Part shown: positions 28,715-43,150 of the stretch, piece by piece
Position numbering within the stretch: position 1 is the stretch's first letter
Layout: the number at the start of each line of letters is the position of its first letter
From: the human T2T-CHM13v2.0 reference genome, Homo sapiens
Reading direction: 5' to 3' (one strand)
Length of the DNA: 64,000 bases
Assembly (NCBI RefSeq): GCF_009914755.1
Contig: NC_060939.1
The notes under the pieces: generated by a model
What the model saw: only the letters and a program-made list of their open reading frames with translations
What the model was told of the DNA's origin: nothing
Database searches by the model: none
Position numbers and translations under genes: made by a program

Positions 28715-29086
28715 GAACTATGCATGTAAAGTTCTCCATACATCAAATAAATGTTGGCCTAAATATTTTTTAAACAGGAAGCATGTAGAAACTGAGAAGG
28801 AATAAACTGCAGTGTTTGAATATTTAGATAAGTTCCTTTTTTCAAGGCTCATGGAAAATTTGGGAAGCAGCTTGAAAAAGTACTCAACCAGATCATGACT
28901 ATAATGTTTATTCAGACTAATAAACTGCTTAAATGTTAAAACAATAAATCCCAAATGCAAAGAACACCAGGAAATAATACCATTATGAGGTCCGCAATAG
29001 CTATTTCTTGCAATCTACAGAAGATGCACTATAAATATACAAAGTTTGATGACTTCAAATTTTTAAATTTGTGGTAAACAAAGGTG

Positions 29087-29390
29087 TTTTTTTGTTTGTT
29101 TGTTTTTTGAGATGGAGTCTTGCTCTGTTGCCCAGGCTGGAGCACAGTGGCGTGATCTCAGCTCACTGCAAGCTCCGCCTCCTGAGTTCATGCCATTCTC
29201 CTGCCTCAGCCTCCCGAGTAGCTAGGACTACAGGCGCCCGCCACCATGCCTGGCTAATTTTTTGTATTTTTTAGTAGAGACAGGGTTTCACCATGTTAGC
29301 CAGGATGGTCTCTATCTCCTGACCTTGTGATCTGCCTGCCTTGGCCTCCCAAAGTGCTGGGATTACAGGCGTGAGCCACCGCACCCAGCC
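29087..29390 (-). mobile_element. AluY/AluS element
   Basis: Full-length Alu; TSD AACAAAGGTG at 29077-29086 and 29391-29400. Confidence 0.9.
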
Positions 29391-29417
29391 AACAAAGGTG
29401 CTCTTAAAAATGGGTTT

Positions 29418-29712
29418 GGCCAAGTGCAGTAGCTCACACCTGTAATCCCAGCACTTTGGGAGGCCGAGGCAGGAGGACTGCTTGAGGCCAGGAGTTTGTG
29501 ACCATTCTGAGCAACATAGTGAGACCCCGTCTCTCCAAGAAATAAATTTAAAAAAATTAGCCAGCAGAGGTGGCACACACCTGTAGTCCCCACTCCTGGG
29601 TAGGCTGACTTAAGAGAAGCATGTGAGACCAGGAATTCAAGGCTGCAGTGACCTGTGACCGTGCCACTGCACTCCAGCCTGGGTGACACAGTGAGACCTT
29701 GTCTCAAAAAAA
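29418..29712 (+). mobile_element. AluJ
   Basis: GAGGACTGCTTGAGGCCAGGAGTTTG, dimeric structure, A tail. Confidence 0.85.
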
Positions 29713-29749
29713 GGGGAGGGAGGTTCAATTTCATTTATCTTTGTAAATT

Positions 29750-29935
29750 TTTTTTTGTTTGTTTTTGGTTTTGGTTTTAGTTTTGCCTTTTTTGGAGACA
29801 GGGTCTCACTTCCGTTGCCCATGCTGGAGTACAACAGCACGATCACGGCTCACTGCAGCCTTGATTTCCTGGGGTTAGCTTATCCTCCCACCTCACTCTC
29901 CCGAGTAGCTAAGACTGTCACCATGCCCTGCTTAG
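29750..29935 (-). mobile_element. Alu right-arm fragment (AluJ/FRAM-like)
   Basis: gagacagggtctcact...gctcactgcagccttg with a T-rich tail. Confidence 0.75.
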
Positions 29936-30405
29936 CAATTATTTTTAAATAAGTATATTCCTTTCTCTGATTATAAAATAATTACTGTTTATTGTAGAAT
30001 GTTTATAAAAAGTAAAGCAAACAAAACCCTCACTATCTTGAGATAAGGATTGTGAATATTTTGGTGAATTGATTTACAAGATTGTGTTGCACATATGGGT
30101 TAATTTAATATAGTAGAGATCATGCTTATATTGAATTTTGTGCTGCATGCTTCACATTATGTAAAATTTCATGCTGAACATCTTTCCACATTCAAAATCC
30201 TTTAATAATCACTTTATTATGTGAAAATCTGTCTGATATATCATAATTTATTTAACCCACCTCCCTTTTAACTGTTGTAAATAACATAATGATGAACACC
30301 TCCATAGCCATAAAGGCAAGTTTCCACATTATTATTTTGTAGGATGCAGACTGGGGGTGAATGCACATTTTATGGCTATGATCACATGGAAAAACCCTCG
30401 GTTTA

Positions 30406-30700
30406 GGCCAGGCATGGTGGTTCACGCCTGTAATCCCAGCACTTTGGGAGGCCAAGGCAGGCGGATCACGAGGTCAGGAGATCGAGACCATCCTGGCTAA
30501 CACGGTGAAACCCTGTCTCTACTAAAAATACAAAAAATTAGCCAGGCGTGGTGGCGGGCGCCTGTAGTCCAGGCTACTCGGGAGGCTGAGGCAGGAGAAT
30601 GGCCTGAATCCAGGAGGTGGAGTTTGCAGTCAGCCAAGATCGTGCCACTGCACTCCAGCCTGGGTGACACAGCGAGACTCTGTCTCAAAAAAAAAAAAAA
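30406..30700 (+). mobile_element. AluY
   Basis: ACCATCCTGGCTAACACGG diagnostic; TSD AAAAACCCTCGGTTT. Confidence 0.9.
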
Positions 30701-31432
30701 AACCCTCGGTTTCTGCATACCTGTGTACTTGTACCTGTTGGTGCCTGTATACCTGAATGGCCTCACAACTCAGGCACCTGCTAATCAGCTCATTAGACAG
30801 ACCAAAGAGAAAGCTCATTATTGTTTTCATTTACATTTTTTATTTCCAAGCACAAGTAATCTGCATCATTGTTTTTTTGAGGGTTGGATTTATTCTTATC
30901 ATAGCATTCTTTTTATATTATGGTTATTAAACCTCTGACTAACGTATTTTGGCAAGTTAGTTTTCCTTTCTGTTATTTGCCTCTCATCTCTTCGTTACTT
31001 TGGGATGTGCACGTTTTAACAGCCGTCAGATACAGATGCATATTTTCACAGTGGTCAGATAGAGCTTGCCTCCTCTGTCAGGCCGCGTGGTACAGGTGAC
31101 AGTCCCGAGCTGAGCTTTGTCACTCTCAGCAGAACTCACCTGCCTGGGCTTCAGCCTCCACACTTGTAAAAAAGGGAGCCAGTTGTCGTCTCTCATTTCC
31201 CTCCAGCTCCGGAAAGATAAACTGTCTAGTGACTCAGTGCAAGGCAAACTCAGTTCATCCTTCCTAAACTTCATAAATAGCAAATGTTGCCAATAAGGAT
31301 TAGGTGACACATAAAATCAGAGTCTCTCAGACAACCTGAGGGGCATGATTTGTTTGCTGCAAACTTACGATTTTTCCTTAAGTACCTTACACATGGCTAA
31401 CATTTGTTCATTTTACTTTGCCTATCCTAGAA

Positions 31433-31776
31433 CAGGAGTCTTCAATCCCTGGGCTGTGGTCTGGGACCAGTCCGTGGCCTGTTAGGAACTGGGCCACACA
31501 GCAGCAGGAGAGCTGCAGGTGAGTGAACCTGACTGCCTGAGCTTGGCCCCCTGTTAGATCAGTGGCAGCATTAGATTCTCATAGGAGCACAAATCCTATT
31601 GTGAACTGCACATGTGAGGGATCTAGGTTGCACACTCCTTATGAGAGTCGAATGCCTGATGATCTGAGGTGGAATAGTTTCATCCCCAAACCATACCCCT
31701 CCCCCAATCGCCCATCTGTGGAAAAAAGTGTCTTCCACGAAACAGATGCCTGGTGCCAAAAAGGTTGGGGACCCTG
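31433..31776 (+). mobile_element. MER1B hAT-Charlie MITE
   Basis: CAGG...CCTG termini; 8-bp TSD TCCTAGAA/TCCTAAAA; gcattagattctcataggagcacaaatcctattgtgaactgc. Confidence 0.88.
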
Positions 31777-32643
31777 TCCTAAAACACAGGATTAAAATAA
31801 AAAATTCTTGTCTGAGTTTTGAGATCCTTGTTGATCTAAGTCCCAGGAAATGATGTTTCAAATAGAGACTGAAACAGCAATAATGATGCTTTACCTAGTA
31901 GCTCCATCTGTCTCAGAGTGAAAAGTAGCACCCTTCCTTTCTGTATTTAGGAAGAAGAGAAACACAATTCACTATTTGGGGAACTTACGGTCTTTATTAT
32001 GTTCTTAACCTTTTTCACTGTGGTCTCTGGGAACCAATTCTCTCTCCATTCATCTTAACTCACACCAGAAGTGACCAGTTTCTTATGAGCAGATGACCTT
32101 AAGACCCGCAGCATGGACTTCATTTGGGGTTGGCCCTTTGTCGCCTGAGGAGAGGCTTATCTTCTTTAGTGCTTTATTTAATGGAATATTCTTCACCTTT
32201 GAGCTGTTAGTAGCAAATGGTGAGTGGCTTCTCGTCACCAGTTTTCAGACTATTTCAGAGAAAACTGGTGATCAATGGTTGATAATTCTCTGACTTGAAT
32301 CCTAATTGCCAAATGCAATCCAAAGTTATTCCGACAATGAAACATTAACACATGAATACTCACTTGCCCTAGTTTAGTAACAGAGACCTGTACAGTCTAA
32401 ATCTACGGATGGATGTTAGGTGACAAGTTAGCCACCCAATATGCTCAAGTGTAGGTAAAACTGTATTTATTTTCTAAACACAGTGAGCTGAAGACCAGAA
32501 AAGGGAATGCATGGTATGTCTCAGACCCTGTGTTAGGTGCTTTATATATGTGGCCTTGTTGAATTCTCACAGCAAACATGAGAAGCAGAAGTATCATCTC
32601 CAGTTCATAGGTAACTGAATTTCAAAGGGTTTTATTCACTTAA

Positions 32644-33389
32644 TGAAACCACTTTTGCAAAAATTATGACAGAAAAGTCTGACCTAGGAAAATTATGACA
32701 GTGAAAGAAATCTGACCTAACTGACTCCATTTTGTTTCTAAGCTCTAAGTTGCCCTTGGTTCATTCTTGGGCCCAGCCTAACTAACTTTGGGAGGAATTC
32801 AGCTTATAGTTCAACTTTAAAACGAAGAAGATAACAGCCCCTCCCCAAAACAAACCCCGTTCTTACTTGGAGACCAGACTGCCTTCGTTAAACTAACAAA
32901 GTAGCCACAAGATTAGAATTTATGGCTAGGGAGTCATGCAGCCAGAGGCCACAAGGTTCCAAACTTGGCCAATTGCTCCTACGGATAACTAGTACCACTG
33001 TAACACCTAAAACTGATGTTTGTGGTATTTTTCAGACTGTGCATTGTGATGGACCAGCTGGTGCCACCCAGACCAGTAAACTGGTTTAACTATTTATGTG
33101 ATCCCACTCAGGAATGAAAAACAAGAAGACAGTTTTGGTCCCTATGATTTCATCCCCGACTTGACTAGTCAGCATTCCCCAGCCCCTTGCCCACCAAACT
33201 ATCTCTAAAAAAAACCCCAGCCTTCTAATTTTTTAATTGTGGGGGGAGGCTGATTTGAGGAAATAATAAAACTCCTGTCTCCTGTCTAGCAGGCTCTGTG
33301 TGCATTAAATTCTTTCTCTACTGCAATTTCTGTATCTCAATAAATCAGCTCTATCTAGGCAGCAGTCAAGAACTCGACGGGCACTTACA
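32644..33389 (+). mobile_element. Second LTR8-family solo LTR
   Basis: TGAAACCACTTTTGCAAAAATTATGAC start; collinear with the LTR at 27914; ends ...CTTACA. Confidence 0.85.
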
Positions 33390-33458
33390 TTGTTATGGCC
33401 CTAATATGTACATACTCCAGCCCATACACATCTGTCTGATTCCAAAGAATGACTCTGA

Positions 33459-33630
33459 CTATGCAGATAGTCATAGTTCTCATAATCAACTGGATATCTG
33501 GAGGATCCCAGTGCTGCCACACATTCATCTGCATGTGCATTTTCCCTTCTGATGGTCAGGCCTTCTGTTAGCTGCTGCTGCCTGAAGTGTACATTTTAAA
33601 GGGATTCCTCCAACATTCCTGCCAATACTG
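33459..33630 (+). repeat. Left arm of long inverted repeat IR-2
   Basis: Reverse complement of 34801-34892 plus 35201-35274; 69/75 identical in the core, including a 34-nt perfect run. Confidence 0.92.
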
Positions 33631-34185
33631 CCATATTATTTGCACGAGGTTCCCTGTCCAGCATTTGCAGGCTTTGTGTAGGTGCTCACACATCTGTGAT
33701 GTAATGCTGATTTCCTCACCCATAGTAATTGACATTTGAATGGAAATTGGCCATTTTGATTGCAAACATTCTGGAACTGCTATGTTGCCAATTGAAACGG
33801 AACCCTCAAAACCATTATTCAACAACAAAGGAAGTCACAGGATACCCATTTGGATGATAGGTCATAGGTGAGAATCACTACGCTAAAATAAATTGATCAA
33901 ATTGTTCCTACAAGCAATTCCATTTCAGTCCCTGGAATTTGTTTTCACTTTCCTATTCAGCCACATGAATACAGAGGCTGCATCCACTCTATTTTGCTCT
34001 TGAGACCAAGGGGTAAAGACGGTGCCTTCAGATGCCTGTGATGGCTCAGGAAGGGGCCTGGGAGGTTGTTGGAGGCAGCCATGGAACCACTGTCAATGGT
34101 ACAAGTCATGCACTATTCTTTAGCTTGTTGAAGTTTCATTTTCTGTTTGAAAAATGAAACCAATAATTTATCTAAAACAAGTTAA

Positions 34186-34504
<319 letters not shown>

Positions 34505-34800
34505 TTAAGTATCATGATGATGGCAAATGGAAAGCTGAAAATCTTGAGACTATTTTCAACAAACTTGACTGAAATATACCATTTTCCAAACAGGTTCACC
34601 TGGTAGTCTGAATAGAGAGTAGAAAGAGGAAGATGGAAATGAGGAAGAAATACATGTTCTTTGTCAAGAAAGGAGTAGTTTATTAGCATAATCCAGCATG
34701 TTCCTGGAGAGCAAGCACCATCCACCATGAGCACCGGCCTGCACTGGGCCACCCATGGGGAGGCACACCAGAAAGTTACATTGTAAAAGCATCTTGTTGC

Positions 34801-35274
<474 letters not shown>

Positions 35275-35794
35275 CAACCGAATGTGTGTAATAAACAGTT
35301 TTGTTACATTGTAGTTAAAACCACCGGATCTCAGATGGTGAGGGATTTCTGAAATCCCAAGTCAATTTCCTCGTTTCTCTCCTCTAAGCTTCTATATATA
35401 GAGGATAAATACATCAGAGTTAATAGTTGCCTAATTTAGAATGAAAAGCAACTGGCAACTGCCCAAAATGCTTTGACAGTAAGGACTATTCCCCAAATCT
35501 GGCGAAAGTCCAGGCCTGTTTATCATACAGAGAGAACCACCACCACACAGCAGCCAGATTCTGTGGGATATTTTGGGGAAAGCACCCAGGATACGGACAA
35601 CTTGGGTTGTAGATCTGGTTTTGCCTTTTCTGGTCATGACTCTTGTGAGCCTCAGTTTCCCCACCTGCAAAGTGAGACAGAACCTGCTAGGTACACCACA
35701 AAGATCTGTTACGATGTTAAAGTGAGATGCCAAGTGCCCACATCTGGAAATTATAATGAATTATAAAGATATTTGTTTGGTTTGGGGGGGCAAG

Positions 35795-36030
35795 GGGTTT
35801 TGAGACAGGGTCTCGCTCTGTCGCCCAGGGTGAAGTGCAGTAGCGTGCACTCATGGCTCACTGCATCCTGCATGCACCACTGTATCTGGCTAATTTTTAA
35901 AATTATTTGTAGAGGTGTGGGGGTCTCCTTATGTTGCCCAGGCTGGTCCTGAACTCCTGGACTCAAGTGATCCTCGCGCTTTGGTCTCCCAAAATCCTGG
36001 GATGACAGGTTTAAGCCACTGTGCCCAGCC
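35795..36030 (-). mobile_element. AluJ with internal deletion
   Basis: Alu arms with part of the right arm missing. Confidence 0.75.
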
Positions 36031-37819
36031 AAGAATAAAAAAAAAATTAAAAGAAATATTTCCTCACTGACAATTAGTGTAGGTAAAAACAGGCAAATTG
36101 AGTAGTTTGAGATAGTCACAGTGAAGGAGACTCATGGTTCCTGATCACCAGCTGAATTCTCAACTGAATTCTCAACACTGACATGCTCAAGAGAAAACTA
36201 TGACATACCCACATACATGCACATGCCTACACATGCACATACACACATGCATACAAACCCACACACAAAGCACATGTACACGCACACACACGCACACAAT
36301 TCTTTGCCTCCCCTTAATTATTTGCAAACTCTTAAGTATCTAACACACTTGGTATCTGAGAGCCAAGTCAAATTAAAGTTTCCTTTAATTCTGAGCACCT
36401 GTATGCAAGACCCCTGCTAGATGTCTACACGAGGCATCCCTTTTCGTCATCATATTCACTCGTCAGCCAGGGAACATTTACAAGGTGCTTGGGGAACGCA
36501 GACAAAAGCAGCACCTCTGAACTCTGGAGTGGAGCACAGTAGCGTGCAGGGAAAGGCTTACACGCACAAGAGCAAGAAGGGGTTTCAGGTATGGTGAGGG
36601 AAATGCATATGGGATGCAGAGAAGATGAGAGTGGGGATCGGAAGGGGTCTTGCAATGAAGTGAGGGGACACCCAAGGAGATGCAAGAGCTCATCCCACCA
36701 GAAAGAGCCCAGCTAAGCAGGGGGAAAGCAAGCCAGGATGTGAACCTGGACCCGCATGGAACAGCGTCCTCCCAGTCCTCAGGCCGAAGTACTGCCTAGG
36801 AAGGAATTTGGCTATGTGAGTGCTGAGCTATTAATATGGTTGTTATGTCTGACGTGTAGCTCTGATTGCCACAAACCACATGAAAAAAAATGTTGCATTA
36901 TATAACAGACACTGAGTATTCAATTAAACGCAGCCGAGATAGTCAAATTAAAATATAACCCACAGATGACTCATCTCCACTGTACTTCCTAACTTTCCTC
37001 AGATGCCATCTTTAATAACCATCAAAACACAATCCCTTTGAATGAACGGAGGCTTTGGAACCTGTGCAGTGCATACAAAGGAAGTATGTTTACCAGAAAT
37101 ATATCTTCCCAGCTGATCTATACTTATCCTCTTTCATCTTTATCCACATTTCATACAAAGAAAATAGGCATTGCTGTTACCACAGAAAAGCATGAATGCT
37201 ACAATTTTCAAAGATTCTGTGCTTTCAAAGATAGCTCTAAAAGAACCCTGACAGGATATAAAGGGTTAACTCTCTATTGGGTTGGGCAGAAAAGAAGGTT
37301 TATCCAAGGGGGTAAGCTCAGCCATCCTCCCTCCCTTCCATAGACACATCCAACCACGACTCCCTCACTGGATTACGCTGCCCAGTTCACAGCCAGGGGC
37401 ATTTCCACAGCTGTTAAACCTGCATCAGGAAACAAACGGCCTTATTTTTAGCTTTCAGTGGTTTGTGTAAAACCCCGTAATAATTAGGCCTCATTACTCT
37501 GTGCAGCTCCATGCCACGGTGCCTCTGCACAGATGAACAGGGAGAGCTTTGGCCTTAGAAAAAAGGTGCCCACAACCCTGGTCCTTGCACGCACAGCTCG
37601 CCCCAGCAATCACAAGAGAAAGGCCCTCACTTCTAATGCACAGTGCACAGGCGTACCTTTCAGGGCAGTGTCATTACAACCCCAACCCAAATCAGATCAA
37701 GAAAGGAAGACACAGTCACATGAGGATAGGAAAAGCATTACCAGGAACACAGAGGCAACTCCAACAGACCCAACACATCTTTTAGTGTTAGCATTCTTCA
37801 TTTGCTTTACAGTTATTTT

Positions 37820-40250
37820 AAAGTAATTATAGCTTTACAAGATGTTGCAAATGTTTAAAAGCCCAGGATGGTTCCACATACCCCATGCCCAGTGTCCCCC
37901 AAGGCTGTCATCTGGCATAATTCTAGCACAATATCAAAAACTAGGAAATAGACATTGGTACATTCCACAGATCACATTCAGATTTCAGCAGCTTTAGATG
38001 TAAACGTGTGTGTGTGTCTCTGTGTGTAGTTCTGTGCAATCTCATCACATGTATAGGTTTGTGCAACCACTACAGTTGAGATACAGAACCAATCAGAACC
38101 GTTCATTGTGACAGGCCTGCCTCGTGACCCCCTTCATAGCCACATCAGCCTCCCTCCTCTCTAATCCCAACCCTGGCAATGACTGACGTATTCAACTTTT
38201 CAATTTTGTTATTTTTAGGAACTTTATATGATTTTCTATCTAATAGCTCTACAAATTACTAAAAGTGGGGTGCTGAAATCTCCAACTATAATTGTGAATT
38301 TGTCTGTTTCTCCTTTAAGCTATTAGTTTTGGTATCACGAATTTCATGGTTTTGATGCACGCATATTTGGGACTGCTATGTCTAATCGCTACACTGATGT
38401 TTTAAATTGTGATGTGATGTCCTTCTTTTCATTGCTCTTTAATCTACATTATCTGACATAGTCATGCCTGCTTTTTTAAAAGTTAGTGCCTGCATAATAC
38501 ATCTTTTTTCATCACCTGACTTTCAACTTACCTGTGCTGTCATGTTTGATGTGAGTTTATCGGAAAGCATGCACTGAATTTGCATCCTAGTTTTTATTCA
38601 TTCTGAAAATCCCTGTCTTTAAATTGCTATGTTTAGACCTTTTATATTTAAAATAGATATTTTAATAGCCTTGAGAGGTCAAGGCTAAAGCCTGCCAATT
38701 TATTTCTTGTTTTCTGTTTGTTCCGTTTTCTATACCTCTGTTTGCTTTTCCTCTTGCATTCTTATAGATCACATGAACATCTTTTGGAAGTCCATTTTAA
38801 TTTTTCTATAGTGTTTTCCATTATATATTTTTGTATGATTTTTAGTGATTAAGTTTTAACATATATGTAAGTCATACATCAGAGCCTACTGGTATCAGCA
38901 TTTTAACACTTCAAACAAAATTTAAAAACTTGTCCTCTATTAAGTCCTTTTATTCTCCCATCTTTTAAAATAGAAATGTCTTAAGAATTTCCTCTACATT
39001 TTTTTAATAGAGACAGGGTCTCACTTTATTGCCCAGGTGGGAATGCAGTGCTGATCATAGCTCCCTATAACCTCGGACTCCTGGACTCAAGCGACCCTCA
39101 CCTCAGCCTCCTGAGTAGCTGGGACTACAGGCATGTGCCACCATATCCAGCTAATTGATTTTTAAATTTTTTGTAGAGATGGGGTCTTGCTATGTTGCCC
39201 AGGCCTCCTCTACATTCACTGAACACTACATCAGATAGTAACGTTAATTTTTGTTTCAATCTTCAAACATACTTTTAAAAAAACTCATGAGAGGGGCAGC
39301 CTATTGTATTTATCACTCATTTACTCATACCATGTTCAGGGTGTTTTAGTTGTGGACAGGGCATGGGAGGAAGAGGGATACGCCATGTTGGCCAGAATTA
39401 CAAGCCTCATCTTCACTTATAACTTCATTCAGTCTTGACTGTGTATGTTTCACGGTGGAAAGAAATCATTTTTTTGCATATTAAAAGCAATTTATTTATT
39501 TATTTTTAATTATTATGGGTACCTCATAGTTGCATATATTTATGGGGTACATGTGATGTTCTGATATAGTCATACAGTGTGCAATGATCAAACCACGGTA
39601 ATGGGGTACCCATCACCTCAAGCCCTTATCATTTCTTTTTTTTTCTTTGTTTTTTTTTTTTTTTTTTTTTTGGTGGAGTTTCGCTCTTGTTGCTCAGGCT
39701 GGAGTGCAATGGTACAATCTCAGCTCACCGCAACCTCTGCACTGCCACCTCCTGGGTTCAAGCTCAGCCTCCCAAGTAGCTGGGGTTACAGGCATGTAAC
39801 ACCACGCCCAGCTAATTTTGTATTTTTAGTACAGACAGGGTTTCTCCGTGTTGGTCAGGCTGGTCTCAAACTCCCGACCTCAGGTGATCCACCCACCTTG
39901 GCCTCCCAAAGTGCTGGGATTACAGGCGTGAACGCCCTTATCATTTCTTTGGGTTAAGAACACTAGGAACATTCCAATTCTACTGTTACAGTTATTTTTT
40001 TAACATTTTAATGTATATTTTATATATAACATTTTATATTTTAGCATTTTAAAATTAAAGTATTTAAAATGTTAAAATACAAAATACATTATTTTTAACT
40101 ATAGTCGCCCTACTGTGCCACCTATCACTAGATCTTATTCATTGTATCCATCTGTATGTTTCTACCTGTTAACCATGACCACTTTATCCCTCACTCTCTG
40201 CCACTCTTCCCAGCCTCACCACTCTACTCTCTCTCCACGAGTTCAATTTC
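37820..40250 (-). mobile_element. Nested old L1 fragments (L1MC/ME-like, then an L1MA 3' end) with AluJ (~39000-39205) and AluS (~39637-39931, TSD GCCCTTATCATTTCTTT)
   Basis: L1 3'UTR motifs (tatatttatggggtacatgtgatgtt, ttaactatagtcgccctactgtg) plus Alu sequence. Confidence 0.75.
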
Positions 40251-41336
40251 GGGGGAAGAAATCTTCAAGATCATAGAATTAAATACTCTCATTTAACAAA
40301 TGCAAAACAGAATCATCATGCAAAATTGCAAAGGTAGCAGAGATTACCAAACTGTTATTTGTAAGGCTGGATGTAAACATAAAATTAAAGAACCAAGATT
40401 TAAAAACTAAAAGTATCTTTTAAATAGCTGTAGTAATGACAGTAATAATAGCAAATTAACGTTTTCTTTTTGATATTTACCCTCTGGTCCACCTTAAGTG
40501 ACATTCCATTTCCCATGCATGACAAGAGGAGGAATAGGAAATAAGGCAGAAAAAGGAGCTGGTGTCAGGTAAAAGGAGACCATAAATGCTCATGTGGGCA
40601 CTCATGTTGGAAGGGCTGGGCACTCCCGACAAGTCATTTCATCTTTCTGGGGCACCATTTCCTAATCTTCAAAATGGAAATGATAAAACCTCATCTAACT
40701 GCCATACAGGCTTATGTGTTGTTGTTGTTGTTTTTCTTTTCTTTTAAAGGTGCTAATGAGCTACTTCATATGACAGCAATAGGAAAAACTATAAAGTTGT
40801 ACAGAAGAAAAAGTATAAACCTGGCTATTTATAATGGATGATAACAATAAAAAGTGTGCATTTGTGTTGAAATGGCACGTGTGGTAAGCCACTGAGACAA
40901 GTAGGTTTACAAGTATAAAACCTTTCTCAATCTCAGATAATCCAAAGTAGAAACCCCCTGACCTTAGACTGTTATTTTACCAAGCACACGCACAAACATG
41001 CACACACAGACCAGCTTTTTAGCCTGAAGCCACTGTCTAAAGGAAAGCATGCTTACATAAGTACACTAGCACTGAAAAATGGCCTCTGTGAAACTCCTCA
41101 ATAATCCAGCCAAGTGTGATGCTATTTTTAGGTTTCAGGGGAAATGAATTGTTCAGATGAAAGCATTACTCCTTCATTCTACCCAAGTACCATATTACTT
41201 ATGGTCAAACAATTTTTAAGGCACCAACTGAGTAGTGTATTTCTATTGCTTGGCAGATGGGAAGCAAGAACAGAATATTTTTATTGTGACTCTTTCTGAA
41301 AAGTAATTTGTCAGAGGTAATGTACTTTCCACTCAC

Positions 41337-41468
41337 CAGCAGCATACCCGGCTTCTTGCACGCACCGAAGTCACTCAGCGTGGTGAAGTAGGGGGAGGCC
41401 GAGGGCTGCAGTGACCCTGCCAGGCTTGTCACGAGCCATTGGCTGCTCTACATGAAGCAGTTCAGAAA
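41337..41468 (-). other. Putative internal non-coding or 5'UTR exon
   Basis: Acceptor tccttccatgttcgcctgtAG| at 41469/41468 and donor CTG|GTGAGT at 41337/41336; CpGs retained locally; 3.6 kb downstream of the minus-strand donor at 45051. Confidence 0.4.
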
Positions 41469-42622
41469 CTACAGGCGAACATGGAAGGATACGAAATGGT
41501 CTGCAAGCCACTGAGAGCCTGACAGTCGTTACTTGTATGGTTAATCATCAGTGCATGTCAAATGCAGGGCAGGGCAGGAACTAGGGAGGCAATCTAGTGC
41601 CTCTTGCCTCTTCAGGGATTCCTATGTCACCTGCAGGACTCAGGATATCTACGGGAATGGAGGCCTGGGGCGCCCCCTGCCTTGAAAGAGGAAGGATTTG
41701 TGCAGAAGCAATGTTCCATGGTCCTAGGACACATTTAGCCAGAGTTGCTCTCAAAGGGAAGACTTGTCAGGAAGAAGAAACATGAAGCCAGTCGCTTCAC
41801 GGCCCAGGAAGCGTTGAGCAAGAAGGATCAGGGCTCTCTGTTTCCACTACAGCCACCTCTAGATCTGAACACTCATCTCTGCCTTCTTCCAGGGAGGCAA
41901 GGAGTTATCCATCCCTTCTGAAAATGACCTCAGCCAGCACAAGAACTGCTGCCCACCCCCGTGCACACACCAATTGCAGGGGTTAGGTGCTTTTGGTGTG
42001 AAAATAACAGGACATGGATTGATTGAGAGCACACCGCTCCATAATACATGAATATCACCTCGCTTCGGTCCCGAACGCATCCTGTATTACTGTCTCTGTT
42101 CTACAGTGAAGGAAAACAGAGGGTCACGGTTGCAGGTTTCACACCTGGGTTAGGGCGCAGCCACGATTCCAGCCAAAGTCTCCAATGCCAGAGCCCGAGG
42201 AGTGAACTGCCAAGCAGCAGAGCCTCCCAGGACTTGTGGGGACCATAGATGTTGGCAGTGGAGTTTTCTTATTTCTAGTAGGATCTGGGGGTGACACAGT
42301 CCGGGACATTTTCATCCGCCCCCTTTCATCTTAACTGCTCTGACTAATGCGGCCACCGGATGGAGTGCACCAGAAGAACCAGTTCAGGATGGTAAACTCT
42401 TGTGTGACACAGTTCTACCTGGAGCATGTGAACTCCAAAGGCGGGGTGCTAGCGCTGGCTGTTTTAAAATGCATCAGCCTTCTACAAAAGGTGTGGTTTA
42501 ATCAGGTTTATTTTAAATTCTTAAATTCATAATATGTTCTCTTTGGTATTAAAAGGTGACCTCCACTAATCACTGAGTTAAAACAATCTAACGGTAATTC
42601 CTTCTGCTGTGGTCTCAGGCAC

Positions 42623-42820
42623 TCATTCCCAGAGTAGGATCTCCAGACCGGCAGTATCAGCGTCACCTGGGCACTTGTTAGAAATGCACATTCTTGGGCC
42701 TCATCCCAGACCAGTTTATTCAGAAACTCTGGGGCTGGGATGCAGCCAGCTGTGTCGAAACAATCCCTCCACGTGACTCAGAAGCATGCTCAAGCATGAG
42801 AACCTTGGGTCTGCAAATCC
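42623..42820. mobile_element. MER5A hAT-Charlie MITE
   Basis: cagtatcagcgtcacctgggcacttgttagaaatgcacattcttgggcctcatcccagacc...tcagaaactctgggg. Confidence 0.8.
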
Positions 42821-43009
42821 CGTATGAAGTAGGAAGTCCAGATGCAAGCTCAGAGCAGCAGGCCAAGGACTTGCATTTAATGCACTGTAGTGAGGTTGGC
42901 CAGAGAAATAAAACAATCAAAACGAGGTTTGAGGAAGATAATTCCAGAAATAGGAAACAAGATTCCCTGCGTAACACCCTGCGTAACAGTGGTTTTAAGA
43001 CCACAGTTG

Positions 43010-43150
43010 CTGGAGTCACCCAGACAAGAGTCAGAGTCTCAGCTTTGCTACTTCCTTATAATGCAGGCCATTCTCCATGAACCTTGATTATCTTCCCTAT
43101 AGAAAGGGAACAGTAACGGGACCTACCTCACAGGTTTCTTTGCAAGCAAG
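43010..43150 (+). mobile_element. MIR fragment
   Basis: ctggagtca...tctcagctttgctactt...cagtaacgggacctacctcacagg matches the MIR core. Confidence 0.55.

Noticed and set aside
27914-33389. The two same-orientation LTR8 copies as the ends of one provirus
   Set aside because: The 4 kb between them is MIR, Alu, MER1B and unique DNA with no primer-binding site or gag/pol remnant, and the LTRs are clearly diverged from each other
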